From contig CAWECG010000004.1 in assembly GCA_963807605.1 (NCBI GenBank), positions 448,001 through 512,000 of the forward strand: 64,000 nt of DNA, written 5' to 3'. Position 1 is the stretch's first letter. Every line of letters starts with the position of its first letter. The translations under genes and the position numbers were made by a program. Under the pieces are notes generated by a model. The model was not told where the DNA came from. It worked only from the letters and a program-made list of their open reading frames with translations, and searched no databases. Below, one piece after another: positions 11,259 to 21,317 of the stretch. Source of the DNA: Candidatus Bathyarchaeota archaeon. Lineage in GTDB: Archaea; Thermoproteota; Bathyarchaeia; 40CM-2-53-6; RBG-13-38-9.

Positions 11259-11675
11259 TCACGCTCCTTTGAAGTCTAGTTTCTTCGCCTTTTCAAGAGC
11301 GGCGGACTTGACTGTACTTGACAGTAGACTGCCCATCGTTAGTGCATTGAATCCGTAGACAACCTTCTTGCCGCCTAATTCGCAGATCTCAACTTCTTTT
11401 GAGTCACCCGGCTCAAACCTTACAGCTGTTCCTGCCGGGATATTCAGTCTATACCCGAATGTTTGTCCTCTTGGGAAATCGAGTTTCTTGTTTACCTCGA
11501 AGAAATGCGTGTGGGAGCCTATCTGTATTGGCCTGTCACCGGTGTTCTTCACCGTAATCTTAATGGTCTTTCTATCTTTGTTGCAGATGACTTCTCCGGG
11601 AGCTAGAACGTATTCGCCCGGTAGGACGTGTGTTGGGTGTTCCTCTTTCCTTTTTTCTTCTTTCTGCTTACTCAG
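11259..11675 (-). CDS. ureB: urease subunit beta (probable CTG start at 11675)
   Basis: PGEY..., NTGDRPIQIGSHTHFFEVN, RLNIPAGTAVRFEPG; frame open upstream of track start; AGGTGA SD. Confidence 0.93.
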   Translation of the reverse strand: MSKQKEEKRKEEHPTHVLPGEYVLAPGEVICNKDRKTIKITVKNTGDRPIQIGSHTHFFEVNKKLDFPRGQTFGYRLNIPAGTAVRFEPGDSKEVEICELGGKKVVYGFNALTMGSLLSSTVKSAALEKAKKLDFKGA

Positions 11676-11686
11676 ATTTCATCACC

Positions 11687-11989
11687 TTACTGAATAGGAT
11701 CGTGTACGGTCACAAGTTTGGTGCCGTCTGGGAACGTGCCTTCTACTTGTACAGTGTGTATTAGCTCAGAGACACCGGACATTACATCGCCTCTTCTTAG
11801 TACGGTTCTTGCGGATTGCATCAGTTCTGCAACGCCTTTTCCCTCACGAGCGCCCTCGACTATGTAGCTTGCAATGAAAGCGACCGCTTCCGGGTGATTC
11901 AGCTTTATTCCTTTCTTCTTGCGTTGTTCTGCTATTTGTGCCGCTGTCCAAATCATCATTTTTTCAATTTCTCTTGGAGCCAACATCAT
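11687..11989 (-). CDS. ureA: urease subunit gamma
   Basis: [31 protein letters not shown]. Confidence 0.97.
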   Translation of the reverse strand: MMLAPREIEKMMIWTAAQIAEQRKKKGIKLNHPEAVAFIASYIVEGAREGKGVAELMQSARTVLRRGDVMSGVSELIHTVQVEGTFPDGTKLVTVHDPIQ

Positions 11990-12138
11990 TTTATTTTCTC
12001 TCTCCTAATTTTATTTTCTCTCTCCTATTTTCATCCTGACTTTTACGCTCACCTTTCATTTGGAAATTTCTTCTCGATTCGAAATCATCTCAGTATTCTT
12101 TTGTAGTTTGTATCCATCTCCTCATGGCGCAGCACTTG

Positions 12139-13194
12139 TCAGGGCCTAGCCCATCCGATGCCAGCTGGGATATTCAACGCGAACGGAGCTGCTAGCAGAA
12201 ATGCCCACGCCGTAAAGACGAACGGTCCAGTCAAAGCTGGAAGCCCCCATTTGCTAAAGAAGTTCTGGAAGGCAGGCATCGTAACCAAGCTGCAGACTAT
12301 TGTTGCAAATACCGCGTACAGGAAGGTTTGCCAAGTCAACGGCAGGAAACTTGTAAGCGCGATCATGACCAGGACTTGGTTGAATCCGTGTACGCCAACC
12401 CTAATTTCTGAAGTCGGAAGCCTCGCCATTATTGCCAGAGCTGCTCCTATCGCGGATCCTATCAGTGCCATCAAACCAGCCAACCAAAGCGTAGATGTCG
12501 GATCCCACCCACTAGTGAAGGCATTCGTGAATAATCGGTCTGGAGGAAAGAGCTCGAAAGAAAGGGTTAGGCCCACAACCCAGAATATTCCCGTCTTCCA
12601 ATTTTCAACAAATGTGACTTGGGAAACCCCATTGAGAACTGCCTTCGTGAATTCTTTTGCCGTCCATTTGAATCCAGCTATCACTGTATCAGCTGGCGCA
12701 CTTGGCCATATGTCATGGCCGTATCTTTTGGTTGCATACATTAGAAGCCATGTTGAGAATATGAAAGATGAAGTAAAGCCCGGAATAGCCCAACCTTTTC
12801 CACCTAAGACGAACCAATCACCCATGACGTGAGCCATCGTCATCCAGACTACCGCAGTGAATGCAGCGCCAAATAATGAAAGTACAAGTGTTGCTCTGTT
12901 GGTCTTTGCGAATGGCCCAGACCAGAATGCCATCCCAGTCAAGATGGAGTTAAATCCGAAAAGACCAAAAGTAACCAGACCATAGGGAGCACCCAATATT
13001 AACGCAACTGCTGCGCCTATTAATCCAGAAACCACCATCATTACACCTGCTTTTCGAGAGGCGATCAAAACTCCAATTAGGATGAGCAGACCAGTAAGTG
13101 CTGAACTAATCAGAGGTACTTCTGAAATCCCATTGAAGAGAATGTAGATGAAATCCAATATTGGATTTCCAGTTACAAAACCTGGTGCCGACAA
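12139..13194 (-). CDS. urea transporter (UT/Yut family)
   Basis: duplicated NGISEV/NGVSQV, GLFGFN/GVHGFN and GLPALTGPF motifs; first gene of the ure cluster. Confidence 0.88.
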   Translation of the reverse strand: MSAPGFVTGNPILDFIYILFNGISEVPLISSALTGLLILIGVLIASRKAGVMMVVSGLIGAAVALILGAPYGLVTFGLFGFNSILTGMAFWSGPFAKTNRATLVLSLFGAAFTAVVWMTMAHVMGDWFVLGGKGWAIPGFTSSFIFSTWLLMYATKRYGHDIWPSAPADTVIAGFKWTAKEFTKAVLNGVSQVTFVENWKTGIFWVVGLTLSFELFPPDRLFTNAFTSGWDPTSTLWLAGLMALIGSAIGAALAIMARLPTSEIRVGVHGFNQVLVMIALTSFLPLTWQTFLYAVFATIVCSLVTMPAFQNFFSKWGLPALTGPFVFTAWAFLLAAPFALNIPAGIGWARP

Positions 13195-13875
13195 GTATCC
13201 ATAACCTCCATTGGATTACCCGTACTCAGTTAGATCTTAACACAATACTCTAGTTTTGCCTGGTAGCGCCTTAGCTCGGTGAACCCCACCGGCAGCGCTG
13301 CGCCAGTCCAGTTAATGAGCAGATTATTCATATAAGATAAATGGAAGAAAATCGATACGAATGTCTAAAATTGATAGAAAATCCTATCATTTGTTTAGAC
13401 TAGCATCAGATTTTCTGACCTCCTCGCCTATTGCTACTCGAACGCGTTATGTCAAACGCGCTCGAAACAAGAAATACCTTAAGCACCTAACTTGTTGAGC
13501 AAGACAGGAAGACTGGTTTCATCTGTCATACCCCGTACTAATCTAAATCCTTCAACAATCAAAGACTGGAGGAGATCGTCGGATGCACTAATACGTAAGC
13601 AAACACCCTAAGGAAGTAGCCATTGACGACTACCATTACAAAAATCTGCATAGAGACGCACACACAAATTCATCACACTGGGAAAAAGAACTTCAGGTCT
13701 GAGATGCAGTTAGCGCAGGCTTCATAGATCCTTTTCGACATTCAGACGGTTATGGGTGTGAGATGTTGACGAATCCTATTGGTAGTAGAACCAACCGTTT
13801 TCCTGGCATGGCTTGGATTGTTGTAGAATAAGGCACTTCTGAACGATAAAGGGCTCTAATTCACACTTAGATGAG

Positions 13876-13896
13876 CAAGTCCCGGCGGCCGCACCA
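13876..13896 (+). repeat. tRNA-Gly 3'-end fragment (att-like scar)
   Basis: CAAGT-CCCGG-CGGCCGC-A-CCA; no 5' tRNA half; weaker copy at 13281-13299. Confidence 0.75.
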
Positions 13897-14041
13897 CTCT
13901 AGCAATGAATAGATACAACTTGCCCCCATACTTGCTATTGCTTGCAGGTTTTCATATCGTTCAGAATGGAGAGTTGGACTATGGGTGGCTCTGTAGGCAA
14001 ATTAGCGCGCTTGTCCTGTCAGTTTTTTTGTCAGTCCCACT

Positions 14042-14650
14042 TCAATTTTTTGTGATGTCAAGAAAATATTCATAGATTCTCAAATCTTCAGTGAGCTCAG
14101 GGTGGAAACAGGTTCCTATCATGTTGCCCTGTTGGACAGCAACCGTTCTGCCCTCTAGTTTGCTGAGTACCTTTACGCCTGAGCCAATTTCGACGACTGT
14201 TGGAGCTCTTATGAAGACTCCTCTAAATCTCTCTCCCAAGATGGGAATGTCTAGGTCTGCCTCGAATGATTCACGTTGCCTTCCGAAGGCATTTCTCTCA
14301 ACCGTTACATCCATCAACCCTAAAGTCGTTTGAGCAACCTCCCCCACATTCCGATCGTGGACTTTCTTAGCCAGCATTATTAGCCCTGCGCATGTGCCCA
14401 TTATGGGCATGTCTTCATACGCGCGTTTCTGGAGGGTTTTGGTCACATCGTTAAGGTTGGCGAGTATGCCTATGACTGTGCTCTCTCCGCCTGGAATTAT
14501 TAGTGCGTCTGCTCTTTGAATATCGGTGGATCCTTTGACTGTTTCAACTATACCTTTGAATCCTTTTCGATCCATCGCGTGCCTAGCCGCTTTTACGTGT
14601 TCTTCGATGTCGCCTTGAAATCCTAAGATGCCTACAGTTATATCGCTCAA
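14042..14650 (-). CDS. pdxT: PLP synthase glutaminase subunit
   Basis: [35 protein letters not shown]. Confidence 0.97.
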   Translation of the reverse strand: MSDITVGILGFQGDIEEHVKAARHAMDRKGFKGIVETVKGSTDIQRADALIIPGGESTVIGILANLNDVTKTLQKRAYEDMPIMGTCAGLIMLAKKVHDRNVGEVAQTTLGLMDVTVERNAFGRQRESFEADLDIPILGERFRGVFIRAPTVVEIGSGVKVLSKLEGRTVAVQQGNMIGTCFHPELTEDLRIYEYFLDITKN

Positions 14651-15612
14651 CCACTGCCACGCTCCTGCATTCTCAACTCCAGAGTCTGGAGGTCCATACC
14701 GATCATGGACTTCTTCTCGTCGACCATGCTCTGGGCCTCAGCAACTTTGGATGGATCGTCATGGAATGTTACGGCCAAGACTATTGAGCGTGCACGCTCA
14801 GCAGGATCCTCCGATTTGAATATTCCTGAGCCAACGAAGACCCCGTCACATCCCAGATTCATCATTAAAGCAGCGTCTGCAGGTGTAGCAATCCCTCCGG
14901 CTGCGAAATTAACCACAGGTAACCTTCCAAGCCTTCCAGTCTCGTTCACTAGCTCGTAGGAAGCCCTCAACTCCCTCGCGATCTTAATCAGTTCCTGCGT
15001 GTCTTGTACCTCGTAGATAGATTTGATCCGTCTGATCTCGTTGTTAACAATCCTAGTATGTTTGACAGCTTCTGCAACATTTCCAGTGCCAGGTTCACCT
15101 TTTATCCTGATCATGGCTGCACCTTCTTCTATCCGACGAAATGCTTCTCCAAGATCTCTGGCACCGCACACAAACGGCGTTGTGAAATCCCATTTCCATA
15201 TGTGCCTCTCCTCATCTGCTGGGGTTAAAACCTCGGATTCGTCTATCATATCCACGCCAGCAGTCTCTAAGATCTTTGCTTCCCAAGTGTGGCCTATGCG
15301 GCATTTCGCCATAACCGGGATCGTAACGTTATCCAATATCTCCTTGATCGCGTTGAGGCTGGCGGTTCTGGCTACACCTCCAGATTTCCTTACATCGTAG
15401 GGTAGCTTATCCAGAACCATGACGGCTACCGCCCCAGCCTTCTCAGCAATCCTAGCCTGTTCCACATTTGTGACATCCATTATCACACCGTGCTTAAGCA
15501 TATGGGCGAAGCCACGTTTCAGAAGGGTGCTCCCTTGAACGGTATCAGCCCCCTCGATCCTTGCGTTGTGTACTCCTTTAGGCTGATGTATAGTTCCAGC
15601 TATTGAAATCAT
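14647..15612 (-). CDS. pdxS: PLP synthase lyase subunit
   Basis: [47 protein letters not shown]. Confidence 0.98.
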   Translation of the reverse strand: MISIAGTIHQPKGVHNARIEGADTVQGSTLLKRGFAHMLKHGVIMDVTNVEQARIAEKAGAVAVMVLDKLPYDVRKSGGVARTASLNAIKEILDNVTIPVMAKCRIGHTWEAKILETAGVDMIDESEVLTPADEERHIWKWDFTTPFVCGARDLGEAFRRIEEGAAMIRIKGEPGTGNVAEAVKHTRIVNNEIRRIKSIYEVQDTQELIKIARELRASYELVNETGRLGRLPVVNFAAGGIATPADAALMMNLGCDGVFVGSGIFKSEDPAERARSIVLAVTFHDDPSKVAEAQSMVDEKKSMIGMDLQTLELRMQERGSG

Positions 15613-15636
15613 GGTATATAAGAGGGGGAAGAGATT

Positions 15637-15674
15637 ATATAAGTTTGAACCTATATATCAGTTCGGACTTATAT
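15637..15674. promoter_or_regulatory. candidate operator over the divergent pdxS / thrC-HTH promoters
   Basis: inverted repeat ATATAAGTTTGAAC-N10-GTTCGGACTTATAT (12/14), containing TATA-like boxes. Confidence 0.6.
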
Positions 15675-17139
15675 GGTTCTGCTATGTTCAGATTGTGGCG
15701 TCAATTACGCGGACTCTGAGGCGCTCAGGGTCTGCCGAAGATGCGGGCAGCCTCTATCGGTAACCTATGACTACGACAAGATCAGGGAGACACTTAGCAT
15801 CAAAGAGATCTCCAAGAGACCTTTTCGGCTATGGAGGTATCTCGAACTGCTGCCCATCACAGAGGAGGCTCATGTGATCTCACTGGGCGAGGGCGGAACC
15901 TACCTGCATAGATGCGATAGGCTCGCCAAATCATTGAGGTTAAAGAAGCTATACTTGAAAAATGAGACCACCAACCCTACTGGCTCATTTATGGATCGGG
16001 GCGTAACGGTCACTGTCACCAAGGTTAAACAAACAGGAATCAGAACCGTCTGCTGTGCCCCAACAGGGAATCTTGGCTCCTCCCTAGCAGCCTACGCAGC
16101 CAAAGCAGATCTAGAATGTAGAGTCTTCATCTCACATGAGGTGGACCTTGGTAAGCTCTACCAGATGATAGCCTTCGGTGCCGATGTCCAGACCGCCAGA
16201 GACATAGACGATGCATATCAAAAGGCCACTAGGATCGCTGATAAGAGCTACTTGGTAACCCCAGAAGATCCATACCTCCTCGAGGGAGAGAAGACTATAG
16301 GATATGAAATATGTGAACAACTCGATTGGCACACACCAGACTTGATAGTAGTTCCAATGGGAAGCGGCGGAAACCTCTCAATGATCTGGAAGGGAATTCA
16401 GGAATTCCTCCAAATCGGCTTAATCCGGAATAGTCATGCAGCCATGGTCGGCATTCAGAGCTCAAGCCACTCACCGATAGTAGACGCCTTCAAGGGCGCT
16501 CGTAAACTAGAAAAATCCAAGGGAGAAGGAAGATCTTTAGCTGTTGACATAGCTGTCAAGAATCCCGCTCTTGGAGACGCAGCCTTGAAGGTGATAGAGG
16601 CCTCAAAAGGCATAGCAACAAGCGTCTCCGACAACGAGATTCTAGAAGCAACACGATTACTTGCAAAGACAGAAGGGATCTTCGCCGAACCTGCTGCAGG
16701 CTCCACAATTGCCGGGCTTACGAAACTGGTAGAGTCTGGAGAGGTGGCCAGAGACCAAGAGGTCGTCTGCATAATAACAGGCTCAGGGCTCAAAGACCCT
16801 TACACCGCCCGTAAGTTTGCAGATGAAATGAAGCGTACTCGCAAACTCGTAAACAGTATCGACGAAGGTAGGGATGTCAGGCTCGGCGGTACAAAAATGA
16901 ACATCCTCAAGATCCTTCAGAATAGAGAACTTTATGGTTATGGCATATGGAAGGAGCTGTTAACTTATCATTCGAAAAAAGTCACCATGCCAACAGTGTA
17001 TCAACATCTACAAGAGATGGAGATGCGGGGATTGCTCAAACGTACAAGAAGAGAGGAATCAGTGGGAAGACCAGACCGCTGGTATTACATCCTAACAGAG
17101 AGGGGCAGGGAGGCTCTAAAAGCCTTCAGCAGACTATAG
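15673..17139 (+). CDS. thrC: threonine synthase-like (fold type II PLP) domain with the catalytic Lys replaced by Met, fused to a C-terminal PadR-like winged HTH
   Basis: Zn ribbon, SLGEGGT, NPTGSFMDRG (normally FKDRG), GEKTIGYE, ITGSGLKD; YGYGIWKEL..TVYQHL..YYILTERG. Confidence 0.85.
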   Translation: MVLLCSDCGVNYADSEALRVCRRCGQPLSVTYDYDKIRETLSIKEISKRPFRLWRYLELLPITEEAHVISLGEGGTYLHRCDRLAKSLRLKKLYLKNETTNPTGSFMDRGVTVTVTKVKQTGIRTVCCAPTGNLGSSLAAYAAKADLECRVFISHEVDLGKLYQMIAFGADVQTARDIDDAYQKATRIADKSYLVTPEDPYLLEGEKTIGYEICEQLDWHTPDLIVVPMGSGGNLSMIWKGIQEFLQIGLIRNSHAAMVGIQSSSHSPIVDAFKGARKLEKSKGEGRSLAVDIAVKNPALGDAALKVIEASKGIATSVSDNEILEATRLLAKTEGIFAEPAAGSTIAGLTKLVESGEVARDQEVVCIITGSGLKDPYTARKFADEMKRTRKLVNSIDEGRDVRLGGTKMNILKILQNRELYGYGIWKELLTYHSKKVTMPTVYQHLQEMEMRGLLKRTRREESVGRPDRWYYILTERGREALKAFSRL

Positions 17140-17343
17140 CACCTGATCCAATAGAGAATATCGAGGGTCAGTATCACGTCGGGCCGCCCAAGGTCAGACA
17201 GCTCAGACTCAAATGTCGAATGTTATGTTATGAACCTCAATTTCAACCCAATTTCCTCAACAAAAATGCTCTGGGCCCGGTTCGAACATCAGAGGTATGA
17301 ACCCGCGTGAATTTTGAGCCCAAATCTAGCACCGTTAACGCAT

Positions 17344-17442
17344 CGAATCCCGTCGGGCTCGCCAACAATAATCGATAAAAATTGTGGCATAATAACGGCG
17401 ATTGTGGTCTACAGGCAATTCAGGTATTCGCACCTAATAAGG
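17344..17442 (+). repeat. direct repeat B, copy 1 (copy 2 at 24661-24759)
   Basis: 88/99 identity by manual alignment; weaker similarity extends ~60 bp upstream. Confidence 0.9.
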
Positions 17443-17697
17443 GGTGCATACCGGCGGCTGCACCATTCTAGCGGTTCACAGTATCATCTGTAGACAAGAT
17501 TCCTGAACCTAAACAATTCGCCTTCGACACGGCTGTGAAAGTGTGAATCCCGCCCGGTCCACCATTCTGCACGTTCCGAATGAAAACGGTCTTTTTACGC
17601 ACTATCTTGGAGCTGTGGAAGAGCCACTTGCGAGAGGTAGATAGTTCTTATTCATATCTAGCTAATCAAATCCCGGCGGCCGCACCAATGATTTTTG

Positions 17698-17837
17698 TAT
17701 TGCTTGGTTCATTTGACTGTCATGACTTCCGCCCGCTATTCGAGCCCTAACCAAAGTGAATTGGCCTAAATGCTGAACCGTTCAGATCGGTCAATTTTGA
17801 TGGTATCTGACTCTTTATTTAGTCCAACACCCGCGGG
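17698..17837 (+). repeat. direct repeat A, copy 2
   Basis: matches 3721-3860. Confidence 0.9.
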
Positions 17838-17854
17838 CCGGCAATTCTCAGTGC

Positions 17855-18700
17855 CTACGTGCTACCGTCTTCTGTTTCAGATCTTTTCGTATGCTGAAGG
17901 GTGGCCATCTTGAGGCGGGACGTCATTTTTCTCAGTTTCTCCGTTGTCCTAATGGGTGATCCATGATTCTGCTCAATCACTTTGACAAACACGCTTCCAA
18001 CGATAGCCCCATCAGCTCCAGCTGCCACAATCTCTCTGATCTGTTCAGGGGTTGATATTCCAAAGCCGGTTGCAAGTGGAATCTCGTCCCTTATGTAGGA
18101 ACGAAACTCCTTAACTAACCTCACAGTCGAATCTGGGAGCCTTCTCCTGGCTCCAGTTACACCAAAGAGTGAGACTAAGTATAGAAAACCTGATGTGTAT
18201 TTCAGGATTTCCTGCAGTCTTTCCGCTGTGGTGGAGGGTGCTGCGAGAAATATTGTGTCGATCTTGGCTTCATCAGCGATCCTCTTGTAAGTGTCTGCCT
18301 CTTCAAAGGGCAGATCAGGGATTACTATCCCGTCAACCCCATTCATCTTTGCTAGTTCCAAGAAATTCTTCAGTCCGCTTTTGTAGATTATGTTATAGTA
18401 GGTCAGAAGTACGACGGGGATCCTGTGTTTTTCCTTGATCTTCTTTACGATCTTCATGACCAGTGGGGGCTTGGTTCCGGCTTTCAATGCTCTGACTGTT
18501 GCAGCTTGAATCGTCGGCCCATCCGCAATTGGATCAGAGAATGGGATGCCAAGTTCAATTACGTCTGCACCTCCTTCAACTAGAGCATCCACAATTCTAG
18601 GAGTGAATTTTGGAGATGGATCGCCCGCGGTCACGTACGTGATCAGCGCGGCCTCATTCCTCTCGCTCAGATCTCTGAAGGTTTCTGCAATAATGGTCAA
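17855..18700 (-). CDS. trpA: tryptophan synthase alpha
   Basis: [36 protein letters not shown]. Confidence 0.97.
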   Translation of the reverse strand: MTIIAETFRDLSERNEAALITYVTAGDPSPKFTPRIVDALVEGGADVIELGIPFSDPIADGPTIQAATVRALKAGTKPPLVMKIVKKIKEKHRIPVVLLTYYNIIYKSGLKNFLELAKMNGVDGIVIPDLPFEEADTYKRIADEAKIDTIFLAAPSTTAERLQEILKYTSGFLYLVSLFGVTGARRRLPDSTVRLVKEFRSYIRDEIPLATGFGISTPEQIREIVAAGADGAIVGSVFVKVIEQNHGSPIRTTEKLRKMTSRLKMATLQHTKRSETEDGST

Positions 18701-19896
18701 AGTCTTCGCCCCATTCTTCCAGCCACAACCTCCACATCCTTGTCACCTCTTCCTGAGATTGTGACCACGACACCTTCTTCGCTGTTCATCTTGGGTACTA
18801 TCTTCTTCATGTGTGCTAGCGCATGGCATGTCTCCAAAGCTGGAATAATCCCCTCTGTCCTGGAAAGCTCACAGAAGGCTTCCAGGGCCTCTTTGTCTGT
18901 GGCTGTGGCATACTCGACACGCCCTATACTGTGAAGATAGGAGTGTTCTGGGCCGACTGCTGGGTAGTCGAGGCCTGCAGAGACACTGTGGGTTGGCTGT
19001 ACCTGGCCATAGGCGTCTTGGAGAAGATAGGTTAGCATGCCATGGAATACCCCCTCTGACCCTGCACAGATTGAGGCTGCATGCTTTCCAGTCTTAATTC
19101 CTCTTCCTCCGGCCTCGACGCCATACATCTTTACGTTGTCATCATTAAGGAAGTGGTGGAATGTTCCTATGGCGTTGCTGCCGCCTCCAACGCATGCGAA
19201 GAGTGCGCTAGGTAACTTCTTCTCCTTCAGCAGGATCTGTTCCTTGATCTCCTTTCCAATGATACTCTGGAGGTCTCTTACGATCATTGGGTAGGGGTGA
19301 GGTCCTACCGCTGATCCAATCAAGTAGTATGTTGTCTGGGGGTTGGTCGTCCAGTCTCGGAGGGCCTCGTTTATCGCATCCTTCAGTGTCCTTGAACCCG
19401 AATCCACAGGGTGGACCTTCGCCCCGAGTAGCTCCATGCGGAAGACATTGAGCCTCTGCCTCTTCATATCCTCGGTTCCCATGTAGATCTCCGCATCCAG
19501 ACCTAGGGTAGCGCATGCTATCGCCGTGGCCACTCCATGCTGGCCTGCGCCGGTCTCCGCGATAACCCTCTTCTTGTTCATCCTCTTGGCCAGGAGAGCT
19601 TGACCTAGTGTGTTGTTGATCTTGTGGGCTCCTCCGTGAGCCAGATCTTCCCGTTTCAGATAGATCCTTGGGCCCCCGTACCTGCTGGATAGATTCTTGG
19701 CATAGTAGAGGGGTGTCGGTCTGCCAGCGAACTCTCTTAGATAATGGTCGAGCTGGTTCTTGAAATCAAGGTCCTCCTTGAAGCTAAGGTATGCATCTTC
19801 CAGCTCGCTGAGCACAGACATCAGAGTCTCAGGTACAAAGCGTCCTCCATACTTACCGAATTTGCCCTTGAACAAATTGGCCTGTTGCAGGTTCAA
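18697..19896 (-). CDS. trpB: tryptophan synthase beta (TrpB1)
   Basis: [39 protein letters not shown]. Confidence 0.98.
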   Translation of the reverse strand: MNLQQANLFKGKFGKYGGRFVPETLMSVLSELEDAYLSFKEDLDFKNQLDHYLREFAGRPTPLYYAKNLSSRYGGPRIYLKREDLAHGGAHKINNTLGQALLAKRMNKKRVIAETGAGQHGVATAIACATLGLDAEIYMGTEDMKRQRLNVFRMELLGAKVHPVDSGSRTLKDAINEALRDWTTNPQTTYYLIGSAVGPHPYPMIVRDLQSIIGKEIKEQILLKEKKLPSALFACVGGGSNAIGTFHHFLNDDNVKMYGVEAGGRGIKTGKHAASICAGSEGVFHGMLTYLLQDAYGQVQPTHSVSAGLDYPAVGPEHSYLHSIGRVEYATATDKEALEAFCELSRTEGIIPALETCHALAHMKKIVPKMNSEEGVVVTISGRGDKDVEVVAGRMGRRL

Positions 19897-20537
19897 TATG
19901 CAGCCTCCCTAGCTTTCCTGATGAACTCGGTCATCTTCTCAGGATCCTTAACCCTAGGACGCACCTCGACCCCCGTTGAGACATCGACCCCGTATGGCCT
20001 AACCGTACTTATCGCGTGGCCGACATTCTCTGGAGTGAGCCCTCCGGCAAGAATCATGGGTGCCGGGTATATTGCGTCCCTGATTTTTCTGCTTAAACTC
20101 CAGTCGTGTACAAGGCCTGTCCCTCCACGACCAGTCTGATCATGGGTGTCTACCAATACGGCTTGAGAGAATCTCGAGTATGACAGAGCTTGTTCGATCG
20201 CATCAAGCGCTCCAACATCAACAGCTACTATTACCTTGACTCTTGATGCCAAACCATTCCGGCGATACGATTCAGAAGCCACTCCATGAAGTTGTAGGAA
20301 TTTTGGAGCCAGCTCTTGGCAGATCTCCGCGGTTCTTTTTATTCCGTTGAAGACCGTCACTACCACGCTGTCCACGTTGCTTGGCAATCGGTCTATCAGG
20401 TTCTTTGCTTCTCTGAAAGAGAGATTTCTCGGTGATGCGGCTATGTCGACAATGAATCCTATGGAATCAACACCGGCCTGGACAGCTATATCCAAATCTT
20501 CCTGTTGAGTTACTCCGCAGATCTTTACTTTCACCAT
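19893..20537 (-). CDS. trpF: phosphoribosylanthranilate isomerase
   Basis: [32 protein letters not shown]. Confidence 0.96.
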   Translation of the reverse strand: MVKVKICGVTQQEDLDIAVQAGVDSIGFIVDIAASPRNLSFREAKNLIDRLPSNVDSVVVTVFNGIKRTAEICQELAPKFLQLHGVASESYRRNGLASRVKVIVAVDVGALDAIEQALSYSRFSQAVLVDTHDQTGRGGTGLVHDWSLSRKIRDAIYPAPMILAGGLTPENVGHAISTVRPYGVDVSTGVEVRPRVKDPEKMTEFIRKAREAAY

Positions 20538-20543
20538 CTGGAT

Positions 20544-21317
20544 CTATGCCTCCGCCAGCTCCCGGACTTTCTCTTCAGGGTTGAGAGCTGACATGATGGA
20601 TGATCCAACTAGGAAAGCACTCGCTCCACACTCTCTGAGGAAACGAACATGATCTCCGGTGTCGATTCCACTCTCACTCACGACAACATGGTTGCTTGGG
20701 TGGCGTGAACTCAATATCTTCCTTGTGACATCCAGATCTGTCTGCAGGGTCGAGAGATCTCGATTGTTTATTCCAATGAGGTCAGCCTCGGTGCTGAGAG
20801 CTCTTTCGAACTCTTCTGTGGTATGGGCCTCAAGCAGAATCTCCATACCTCTGTCATGCGCTAGATCTATCGTTCCTTCAAGATCGTTATCGCATAGGTT
20901 TCTCTCGAAGAGAGATTCGATCAGCAGTATCGCTTCAGCTCCGATCCTGGATGCGGCTTCAACCTGGATTGGATCGACGATTATGTCTTTCATGAGCCGC
21001 GGAAGGCCACATCTACGCGCGGTTATGAGGTATTCAGTTCTGCCTCTGAAGTGTTTCGGCTCGGTCAAGATCGATAAGCCGACTGCACCACCCAGTTTCA
21101 TCATCGACGCCAAAGCTTCAACGTTAATGTTCTGAGTGATGATCCCCTTCGAGGGTGAGGCGGGTTTGATCTCAGCTATTACTGGATTCCTCTTGCATTT
21201 GAGAATCGACTCTTTGAGCCCCATGCCGACTCTCTCATGAGATTGCTCAATATGATAGTAGCCTTCCGCAACGGTCTCTCTGGCATCCCTTGCCAGGATA
21301 TCTAGATAGTCACGCAG
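20544..21317 (-). CDS. trpC: indole-3-glycerol phosphate synthase (probable CTG start at 21317)
   Basis: IAEIKPASPS, SILTEP, MKD, GINNRDL, ESGI; frame open 31 codons upstream of the track ATG. Confidence 0.94.
   Translation of the reverse strand: MRDYLDILARDARETVAEGYYHIEQSHERVGMGLKESILKCKRNPVIAEIKPASPSKGIITQNINVEALASMMKLGGAVGLSILTEPKHFRGRTEYLITARRCGLPRLMKDIIVDPIQVEAASRIGAEAILLIESLFERNLCDNDLEGTIDLAHDRGMEILLEAHTTEEFERALSTEADLIGINNRDLSTLQTDLDVTRKILSSRHPSNHVVVSESGIDTGDHVRFLRECGASAFLVGSSIMSALNPEEKVRELAEA

Larger units (their letters stand above)
17173..17844 (+). repeat. array 2 of tRNA 3'-end fragments (17173-17190, 17343-17364 Lys-like, 17448-17465 Gly-like, 17545-17564 Ala, 17666-17687 Gly, 17823-17844)
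   Basis: TCGAATCCCGTCGGGCTCGCCA, GAATCCCGCCCGGTCCACCA, TCAAATCCCGGCGGCCGCACCA; periods 99-174 bp. Confidence 0.8.

Noticed and set aside
8424-12832. Long antisense ORFs (8424-9089, 12158-12832 and many similar)
   Set aside because: Shadows of well-supported genes on the opposite strand.
13800-13896. Intact tRNA-Gly gene (and likewise at the other tails)
   Set aside because: No 5' acceptor strand, D arm or anticodon arm upstream.
17173-17844. CRISPR array
   Set aside because: Repeats differ from each other, spacers are 80-155 bp and there are no cas genes; the motifs match tRNA 3' ends instead.
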